Assembly: GCF_000196555.1 (NCBI RefSeq)
Contig: NC_015067.1
Location: forward strand, 1,920,001 to 1,952,000
Direction: 5' to 3'
DNA: 32,000 nt
DNA from: Bifidobacterium longum subsp. longum JCM 1217
GTDB lineage: Bacteria; Actinomycetota; Actinomycetes; Actinomycetales; Bifidobacteriaceae
Position 1 is the stretch's first letter. Every line of letters begins with the position of its first letter. Positions 18,613-24,688 of the stretch are shown one piece after another. Under the pieces are notes generated by a model. That model was given only the letters and a program-made list of their open reading frames with translations, had not been told where the DNA came from and ran no database searches. A program made the position numbers and the translations under genes.

Positions 18613-18724
18613 AGGGAAACCTGTCTTTCAAAAGAACAGTGAGAAATAGAAAGCACGTAATGCAGTTCGAATCGATGCAGTCAGATCAAACACAATTAAT
18701 GATGAACCGAACTCGAGTAAAAGG

Positions 18725-18753
18725 AAAGGCCGGAGTGTTGAGCTCCGGCCTTT
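18725..18753 (-). terminator. Intercistronic hairpin after the binding-protein gene (attenuating terminator or mRNA stabiliser)
   Basis: AAAGGCCGGAG-TGTTGAG-CTCCGGCCTTT. On the minus strand the stem is followed by TTCCTTTTAC. It lies in the 192-bp gap between the binding-protein stop (18805) and the permease start (18612). Confidence 0.5.
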
Positions 18754-18804
18754 CGATGTGTGGTTGAGGATATCAGCGGCTGGAAGGAACCCTAACCGTT
18801 AATG

Positions 18805-20121
18805 TCACTCGGAAACAGACAGGCCGAAGTTCTTCAGCGTATCCACAGAGGTGGTCTGTGCGTCGGAGAAGATGTCTGCAACCTTGCCGGAGCCATCGGT
18901 GGCCTTGGCGGCGGTTTCGTTCATCTTGGCGGCGACTGCGGAGAAGCCAGGCATGTAGGTGAAGTCACCCATGTTGTTGTTAGCGGTCTTGAATTCCTTC
19001 ATGATGTCCTGACCACCGAAGAAGGTGGACCACTCGGAAGGAGTCTCAGCGTCTTCAGTGGTAGCAGCCGGCACGAGGCCCTGGGAAACCAGATCAGGAA
19101 CCTGGGTGTTGAACCAATCCAGGAACTCCATTGCTTCCTTCGGGTGCTTGGAGTTCTTCAGCACGGCCACGGCGGAACCACCGTCAGGGCCGGTCTTGCC
19201 AGCGTTGCCGAACCAGTCACCGAGCTGAGCGACCTGCCATTCGCCGGAGCCGGTGCCACCGGAGGAGGTCATGAACAGCGGGGCTTCCCAAGCGGCGGCC
19301 ACAGTACCGATCAACGAGCCATCCTTGATGGATGCATCGAAGGACGGATCCCAACGCGGGTTGGTGGTGGCTGCCTTGGCGTCGAGCAGCTGCTGGTAGA
19401 AGTCAGCGGTTGCCTTGGAGCCATCGGTCTCGGTGTTGACGACCCAGGAGTCGCCCTTCACCTTGTACCAACCACCGGAGGCGCCAGCCAGACCGGAGAT
19501 CATGTTGCCGGCCTCATCAGGCTGGTAGGACATGATGTACTTGCCAGCGGCGGCAGCGGTCTTGGCAGCGGCGATAAACTCATCGGCGGTCTGCGGAATC
19601 TCGGTGATGCCGAGCTTCTCGAACTCAGCCTTGTTGTAGAAGTAAACCAGCGGGCCGGTGTCCTGCGGCAGGCCGTAAGCCTTGCCGCCAACCTGAACCA
19701 GGCTGTACGGGCCGGATGCGAAGTCGTTCTTGTACTGCTCGGCATACTGGGTCACATCCTGCAGCAGACCCTTGGTGAAGACCTCAGGCAGCTCGGCGTA
19801 ACCGACCTGAGCCAGATCCGGAGCCTCGCCGGACTTGACGTCGGTCTCAAGCTTCTTGATCATGTCAGAGGCCTTACCATCGAACTTGGTGGCCTTGACC
19901 TGAATATCCGGATGCTGCTTATTCCACTTGGCAACGATGTCGTTGACCAGAGTCATGCCCTCGGAATCCGGCAGACGGTGCATGTAGGTGATGTTGACCA
20001 CGCCACCATCATCGGTGGTCTTCGTGTCGCCGGCAGTGTCGCTGCCGCAACCGGCCAAGCCCATTCCCATTGCTGCTACCGCGGCAAAAGCAGCCACGAT
20101 GCGCTTATTGCGAGATACCAT
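18805..20121 (-). CDS. gltA: GNB/LNB-binding lipoprotein (ABC solute-binding protein, family 1)
   Basis: The preferred start is ATG 20121 (MVSRNKRIVAAFAAVAAMGMGLAGCGSD, lipobox LAGC), preceded by AAGGAG. The protein is 438 aa and the gene is first in the transporter/lnp cluster. Confidence 0.9.
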   Translation of the reverse strand: MVSRNKRIVAAFAAVAAMGMGLAGCGSDTAGDTKTTDDGGVVNITYMHRLPDSEGMTLVNDIVAKWNKQHPDIQVKATKFDGKASDMIKKLETDVKSGEAPDLAQVGYAELPEVFTKGLLQDVTQYAEQYKNDFASGPYSLVQVGGKAYGLPQDTGPLVYFYNKAEFEKLGITEIPQTADEFIAAAKTAAAAGKYIMSYQPDEAGNMISGLAGASGGWYKVKGDSWVVNTETDGSKATADFYQQLLDAKAATTNPRWDPSFDASIKDGSLIGTVAAAWEAPLFMTSSGGTGSGEWQVAQLGDWFGNAGKTGPDGGSAVAVLKNSKHPKEAMEFLDWFNTQVPDLVSQGLVPAATTEDAETPSEWSTFFGGQDIMKEFKTANNNMGDFTYMPGFSAVAAKMNETAAKATDGSGKVADIFSDAQTTSVDTLKNFGLSVSE

Positions 20122-20173
20122 ATCTCTACTCCTTCGTAGTGAAATCATCATCTCAGTGTGATGACTGATTACT

Positions 20174-20215
20174 AATGTATGCCCTCATTCTTTTATTGTC
20201 AACTTAGCTAACAAT
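20174..20215 (-). promoter_or_regulatory. Candidate promoter of the binding-protein gene with an overlapping 21-bp imperfect palindrome
   Basis: The minus strand reads TTGACA (20202-20197), a 17-nt spacer, then TACATT (20179-20174), about 50 nt upstream of the ATG. The palindrome ATTGTTAGCTAAGTTGACAAT (20195-20215) has 8 of 10 arm positions complementary and covers the -35. Confidence 0.45.
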
Positions 20216-20244
20216 TACCGCGCGTCCCGTTGAGGCGAGTAGCA

Positions 20245-20631
20245 TTAAACCGGTTCGATGCTCGATTGTGCGAGTTTGTTCATTTCATTAACTCCCCTTA
20301 CAAAGCAACGTACTTTTGGTCCACCGGTAGGCCTAATGAGATATTGGATAGCGGCAACAATCCAAGACGTTAGCTTGCAATCGTCCACCGCAAATTGCAA
20401 GCACTTGCCAACATTATCGGTTTTCAGGTCGCCGGCGCGATACCCGACCAGGGGGCACCGCACCTTAATGAGACGCTACACGAGCAGTCTCAGCAACTGG
20501 TAGAGCTGCCACAGGCTACGCACGTTGAAGTGCGTGCCGTCAACCGTGGCGTTCGCCTCGCCATCGCCCATATGGACGATCACGGTGCGCCCGTTCACGG
20601 TCAGACTACCGTGCATCGTGATATGATTCAT
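20245..20631 (-). pseudogene. Possible small ORF (51 aa, 20476-20631) continuing in-frame across a TAG into the 72-aa track ORF 20245-20463; a nonsense-disrupted gene or a genuine small protein
   Basis: ATG 20631 opens MNHITMHGSLTVNGRTVIVHMGDGEANATVDGTHFNVRSLWQLYQLLRLLV, then TAG at 20476-20478. Third-position GC is about 80% against about 59% at first positions, which favours this strand over the + ORF 20395-20667. The same frame reopens 12 nt later, and GC3 decays toward 20245. I recognise no homology. Confidence 0.25.
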
Positions 20632-20677
20632 CTTGCAACCTTGTTGATTAAAGGCGCAAGCCGGTAATCAACGCAAA

Positions 20678-20709
20678 GGCCCGATGCTGCAAACGTCGGG
20701 CCTTTTCTT
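20678..20709. terminator. Terminator-like hairpin of uncertain strand assignment
   Basis: GGCCCGA-N11-TCGGGCC is followed by TTTTCTT on the + strand. On the minus strand it is followed by TTTGCGTTGATT. No credible + strand gene ends here, so it may act as a back-up stop for minus-strand read-through from the tRNA-Ser/serS direction. Confidence 0.4.
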
Positions 20710-20811
20710 ATCGGCTCACGCCGATCGGCCCGTCATATCAACGGGGACACCGCATGTTACGGCATCACAAACCAATATATCAGCACCCCGGCGGCAATCA
20801 AGAAGACAGGT

Positions 20812-20853
20812 TCCAGAAAAAGAAAAAAAGGGCCTGGGCATGTTGCCCAGGCC
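20812..20853 (-). terminator. Rho-independent terminator after tRNA-Ser
   Basis: GGCCTGGGC-ATGTT-GCCCAGGCC (20831-20853). On the minus strand it is followed by CTTTTTTTCTTTTTCTGG. Confidence 0.8.
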
Positions 20854-20861
20854 TCGGTTCG

Positions 20862-20946
20862 CGGACAGGGCGAGATTCGAACTCGCGGAGGGTTGCCCCT
20901 CAACGGTTTTCAAGACCGTCTCTTTAGGCCGCTCAGACACCTGTCC
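20862..20946 (-). tRNA. tRNA-Ser (anticodon UGA), class II with long variable arm
   Basis: The minus strand reads GGACAGG-TG-TCTGAGCGGCCTAAAGAGA-C-GGTCTTGAAAACC... Elements are: acceptor GGACAGG/CCTGTCC, anticodon stem ACGGT/ACCGT with loop CT-TGA-AA, variable arm GAGGG-GCAA-CCCTC, T arm GCGAG-TTCGAAT-CTCGC, discriminator G. No CCA is encoded. Confidence 0.95.
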
Positions 20947-20974
20947 TGATGCGCGTTCACACGCGCAAGTATTC

Positions 20975-20982
20975 ATTATACA
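20975..20982 (-). promoter_or_regulatory. Extended -10 (TGTATAAT) candidate promoter for tRNA-Ser
   Basis: The minus strand reads TG-T-ATAAT about 30 nt upstream of the mature 5' end. The palindrome GCGCGT-TCAC-ACGCGC (20951-20966) lies in the short leader. No clear -35 is present. Confidence 0.35.
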
Positions 20983-21046
20983 GAAGGGAGGGATGTTGAT
21001 ATTCGGCAGTGCGGTCGGTCTTGGATTCGCCTGCTGGCTATCAGCG

Positions 21047-21110
21047 ATCTCTCCCTCAGTAATCTCTCCCTCAGTCAGCTACGCTGACAGCTCCCTCATC
21101 AGAGGGAGCT
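21047..21110. repeat. Palindromic intergenic element, copy 3, downstream of serS
   Basis: A direct repeat ATCTCTCCCTCAGT occurs twice (21047-21060, 21062-21075). Hairpin GTCAGC-TACG-CTGAC spans 21074-21088. Hairpin AGCTCCCTC-ATCA-GAGGGAGCT spans 21089-21110, 16 nt after the serS stop. Confidence 0.7.
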
Positions 21111-21125
21111 AAAGCACGATGAGAC

Positions 21126-22412
21126 TCAGGCCTCCCACTTCGTGGGCTCGATAACTTCCTTGCCGCCCATGTAGGCGCGCATGGCCTTCGGGATCTCGAT
21201 GGAGCCGTCCTTCTGCTGGTGGTTCTCCATGATAGCGACCAGCCAACGGGTGGTGGCCAACGTGCCGTTCAGGGTGGAGACCGGGCGGGTGCCGCCGTCT
21301 TCCATACGCTCGCGGATGTTCAGGCGGCGAGCCTGGTACTCGGTGCAGTTCGAGGTGGAGGTGAGCTCGCGGTAACGGCCCTGGGTCGGCACCCAAGCCT
21401 CGCAGTCGAACTTACGGGCGGCGGAGGAACCGAGGTCGCCGGCGGCGGTATCGATGATGCGGTAGGGCACCTCGACCTTGGCGAGCATCTCCTGTTCCAT
21501 GGCCAGCAGGTGCTCGTGCTCCTTGTAGGAGTCCTCCTGCTTGGCGTAAACGAACATCTCCACCTTGTCGAACTGGTGGACGCGGATGATGCCGGAAGTA
21601 TCCTTGCCTGCGGCACCGGCCTCGCGGCGGTAGCAGGAGGACCAACCGCAGTAGCGCAGCGGGCCGTTGCCGAGGTCGAGGATCTCGTTCTCGTGCATGC
21701 CGGCGAGCGCCACTTCGGAAGTGCCGACCAGGTACTGGTCATCGGGCTCGCGCAGACGGTAGATCTCGTCGGCGTGGGAGTTCAGGAAGCCGGTGCCGCG
21801 CATGACCTCGGGGCGCACGAGCGTCGGGGTGATGGCCAGCGTGAAGCCGTGCTCTTCGGCCTGGTCCACGGCCATGGTGAGCATGGCAATCTGCATGCGG
21901 GCCACCTGGCCACGCAGGAAATAGAAGCGGGAGCCGCCGACCTTGACGCCGCGGCGCATATCGATGCCGGCCACGCCGGTGCCGAGGGTCAGGTGGTCCT
22001 TGGGCTCGAAGCCTTCGGCCGCGAAGTCGCGAATCTGGCCAACCTTCTTGACGACCACGTAGTCATCCTCGCCGCCTTCGGGAGCTTCGGGCTCCACGAT
22101 GTTGGAGAGCTTCCACATGGCGGTGGTGTATTCCTCGGCTGCGGAATCGGCCTTGGACTTGTATTCGGAGACCTTCTGGGACAGTTCCTTGGTTTCGGCG
22201 ATGAGCTTGGCCTTCTCGTCCGCCGGGGCGGAGGCGACCTTCTTGCCGATTTCCTTCTGCTGGGCGCGAGCCTCTTCGAAGGCCTTCAGCGCCTCACGAC
22301 GTGCGGTGTCGGAGGAGAGCACTTCGTCGACGAGCTCCACGGACTCGCCGCGCTTGCGCTGGGATTCCTTGACGATATCGGTGTGTTCACGGATGAATTG
22401 AATATCAAGCAT
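21126..22412 (-). CDS. serS: Seryl-tRNA synthetase
   Basis: From ATG 22412 the protein reads MLDIQFIREHTDIVKESQRKRG, the canonical SerRS N-terminal coiled-coil start. Class II motifs include FRREAGAAGKDTSGIIRVHQFDKVE and GRYRELTSTSNCTEYQARR. It is 428 aa. The track ORF begins 12 codons earlier at a TTG. Confidence 0.95.
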   Translation of the reverse strand: MLDIQFIREHTDIVKESQRKRGESVELVDEVLSSDTARREALKAFEEARAQQKEIGKKVASAPADEKAKLIAETKELSQKVSEYKSKADSAAEEYTTAMWKLSNIVEPEAPEGGEDDYVVVKKVGQIRDFAAEGFEPKDHLTLGTGVAGIDMRRGVKVGGSRFYFLRGQVARMQIAMLTMAVDQAEEHGFTLAITPTLVRPEVMRGTGFLNSHADEIYRLREPDDQYLVGTSEVALAGMHENEILDLGNGPLRYCGWSSCYRREAGAAGKDTSGIIRVHQFDKVEMFVYAKQEDSYKEHEHLLAMEQEMLAKVEVPYRIIDTAAGDLGSSAARKFDCEAWVPTQGRYRELTSTSNCTEYQARRLNIRERMEDGGTRPVSTLNGTLATTRWLVAIMENHQQKDGSIEIPKAMRAYMGGKEVIEPTKWEA

Positions 22413-22645
22413 GGGCACCAGACTAGCCGCGTAAGCAGACACCGACAATGGCCGAATGCGCGGGAGTCACGCGGAAATCACAGGGAAGCCCGGGAAAGTC
22501 CGCGGACGGGTCCACCCGGCCAATTTCGTCAGATGAGACGCGATTGAACCATAATCACGCCCCACGGGGCTGTTGCGTGCAGGAAATGTTCACGTACGGC
22601 GCACCATGGCCGCAAACGACCTCCCCACCGATAACAATAGGAGCC

Positions 22646-23827
22646 ATGCCTCAGCCTGCCCTCACCGTGTTTCTGATCATCGCCGCAATCGCCATTGTGG
22701 TGGTGCTCATCGCCGTCATCGTCATCGCTCTGCGCGCGCAGCGCCGCCGCAAGCTGGCTCAGACGCTGGAGAAGCGCCGGGACGACGAGGTGCAGTACGC
22801 CTTCATCGTGAATCCGTCCAAACCGCAGGCCGAAGCCCGCAGGCTGCATATCCAGAGGTTCTGCGAGGCCAAGGGGCTCAATCGCATCCGCTTCTACGAC
22901 ACCCAGCTTGACAAGGACGGCAGGGTCTGCGCGCTTGAGGCGCTGGAGGACGGCGCCGACGTGGTGATCGCGGTCGGCGGCGACGGCACAGTGCGCACGG
23001 TGGCGAGCGCCGTCTCCGGCACCGGCCATGCGCTGGGCATCATCCCCATCGGCACCGGCAACCTGTTTGCCCGCAATATGGGCGTTCCCGTGGACGATAT
23101 CGACGCCGCGCTGACCGTGGCCACCTCCCACGGCTCCCGCCTGGTGGACATGGGCCGTCTCACCCTGCTCGACCACCCGGAGGACGACCACGGCCACGCC
23201 TTCCTCATCATCGCCGGCATCGGCTTCGATGCGGCCATGATCGACGACACCAACCCCGAGCTCAAGGCGAACATCAGCTGGCTCGCCTACTTCGTGGGCG
23301 GCGTGAAGAACCTGTTCGCGCCGAAGTTCCGCGGCACGCTGACAGTCACCAGCGCCGACGGCTCGACCCACACCATCAAGAATCTCGATTTCCGCACGGT
23401 GATGGCCGGCAACTGCGGCCAGATTCCCATGTTCTCGCTGATGCCGGCGGCATCCTATGACGATGGTCTGCTGGACTTCGAAATCATCGACACCACCGGC
23501 GGCATCCTCGGCTGGGCCAACCTGTTCGGCGACGTGGTGCACCAGACGATCATCGGCAAGCCCGAACAGAACCCGCTGTCCACGAACTCGACCATCGAAC
23601 AGGTTCAGGGCGTCAGTGCCGAAATCACATTGGAAAAGCCGGCCAAAGCGCAGGTGGACGGCGACATGCTACCGGAGACCAAACATATTCGTTTCTCAGT
23701 GGATCATCGCGCGCTGATCGTGCGCGTACCCGACGCCTCCGCGCTGGAAAAGACCGCACAGGCCGCTGCCTCAAACGCCACCTCGGATTTCGCCGAAATG
23801 ACCGGCACGCTCGAGCCGATTCGCTGA
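22646..23827 (+). CDS. Diacylglycerol-kinase-family lipid kinase with N-terminal TM anchor
   Basis: ATG 22646 follows AGGAG (aataGGAGccATG). MPQPALTVFLIIAAIAIVVVLIAVIVIAL is the TM helix. The DAGK_cat signature is VVIAVGGDGTVRTVASAV ... IIPIGTGNLFARN. The track ORF extension to 22448 overlaps the serS leader and has no RBS. Confidence 0.85.
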   Translation: MPQPALTVFLIIAAIAIVVVLIAVIVIALRAQRRRKLAQTLEKRRDDEVQYAFIVNPSKPQAEARRLHIQRFCEAKGLNRIRFYDTQLDKDGRVCALEALEDGADVVIAVGGDGTVRTVASAVSGTGHALGIIPIGTGNLFARNMGVPVDDIDAALTVATSHGSRLVDMGRLTLLDHPEDDHGHAFLIIAGIGFDAAMIDDTNPELKANISWLAYFVGGVKNLFAPKFRGTLTVTSADGSTHTIKNLDFRTVMAGNCGQIPMFSLMPAASYDDGLLDFEIIDTTGGILGWANLFGDVVHQTIIGKPEQNPLSTNSTIEQVQGVSAEITLEKPAKAQVDGDMLPETKHIRFSVDHRALIVRVPDASALEKTAQAAASNATSDFAEMTGTLEPIR

Positions 23828-23831
23828 TCCG

Positions 23832-24671
23832 CTACGATGCGTGGCCGGTGACTCGGGCGACGTGCATTGCCAGATAGGCGGTTTCGTCGTCGCTGATATC
23901 CGTGTCGAGGCGCAGTTCGAGCAGGGAGGCGATGGTTCGCGCGCATCGTAGCGCGGCGGGATAGGACTCACGAATCACCTTCATCACCGGTGCCGGCTCA
24001 TCCGTCAGTTGCTGGTGCTGGTGGATGCGTACGAACAGGTAACGCAGATGGGTGATGAACCTGCCCACATTCACGGAACTGCGGTCCAACGTGATGCCGT
24101 AGCTGTGGTCGATAATGTCAAGCAGTTGCTGGATCACGCCCGTCATCGTATACGTATAGGACAGGTCGCCGGTGGCGAAGCCGGCGTTGACCAGATGCAT
24201 GGCAAGCGCGGTGGCCTCGCCGTCCGGCAGCGTGACGTCGAGCCGCGCATTGAGCGATGCGAGCATCGCACGCCCCTGCGCGTATTCCTGCGGGTACAGG
24301 TTGCTCACCTCGCCGAGCAGCGGGTAGGTAATGTCGATGCCGCGCCGCACCCGCTCCACCGCATTCGCCACGTGATCCGACAAGGCCATGACCAGCGTGG
24401 TGCTGCCGGTCTCACGCTCCCCCAGTCCGGCTTCCTGCATGGATTCGACGACCACGCGGATGATTTCGGGCGGAATGTCCGCCAGCATCTGCGCCAGATG
24501 GTCCGGGTCACGCCCGTCCGACGGCACGAAGGTGCGCACGACTTTCGACTCGTCGACCGTCTGCCCCGGCTTGGCCTGGAACCCCAGTCCACGGCCGGTG
24601 AGAATCACCTCACCGCCGTCGCCGCCTTTGGCGAGCACGACGTTGTTGTTGAACACTCGCAGTATTTCCAT
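23832..24671 (-). CDS. BglG/LicT/SacY-family PRD-containing transcriptional antiterminator
   Basis: MEILRVFNNNVVLAKGGDGGEVILTGRGLGFQAKPGQTVDESKVVRTF is the CAT RNA-binding domain. Two PRD modules follow (ALSDHVANAVERVR..., ALAMHLVNAGF..., RFITHLRYLFVRI..., ETAYLAMHVARV). ATG 24671 follows AAAGGA. An alternative ATG at 24692 overlaps the PTS stop (ATGA). Confidence 0.9.
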   Translation of the reverse strand: MEILRVFNNNVVLAKGGDGGEVILTGRGLGFQAKPGQTVDESKVVRTFVPSDGRDPDHLAQMLADIPPEIIRVVVESMQEAGLGERETGSTTLVMALSDHVANAVERVRRGIDITYPLLGEVSNLYPQEYAQGRAMLASLNARLDVTLPDGEATALAMHLVNAGFATGDLSYTYTMTGVIQQLLDIIDHSYGITLDRSSVNVGRFITHLRYLFVRIHQHQQLTDEPAPVMKVIRESYPAALRCARTIASLLELRLDTDISDDETAYLAMHVARVTGHAS

Positions 24672-24688
24672 GGCATCCTTTCGCAACG

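Noticed and set aside
20395-20667. 90-aa + strand ORF ending 10 nt before a canonical hairpin and T-tract
   Set aside because: Codon-position GC favours the opposite strand (about 80% at minus-frame third positions against about 59% at + frame third positions). The peptide has no recognisable features. The terminator geometry keeps it from being fully excluded.
22508-22517. T-box-like GGGTGGACC in the serS leader (minus strand), next to the 10-bp palindrome GTCCGCGGAC
   Set aside because: The match covers only part of the T-box core. The UGGA bulge would pair with a U discriminator, whereas the adjacent tRNA-Ser has G. I could find no Stem I/specifier structure or terminator. The 233-bp gap must also hold two promoters. 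A covariance-model scan (Rfam T-box) would settle it.
18802-22547. Long antisense ORFs 18802-20139 (+) and 21219-22547 (+), and similar ones at 1078-2202, 8474-9583, 22529-23542 and 24833-25864
   Set aside because: All lie opposite genes with clear family signatures. None has an RBS, and each has lower third-position GC than the annotated strand.
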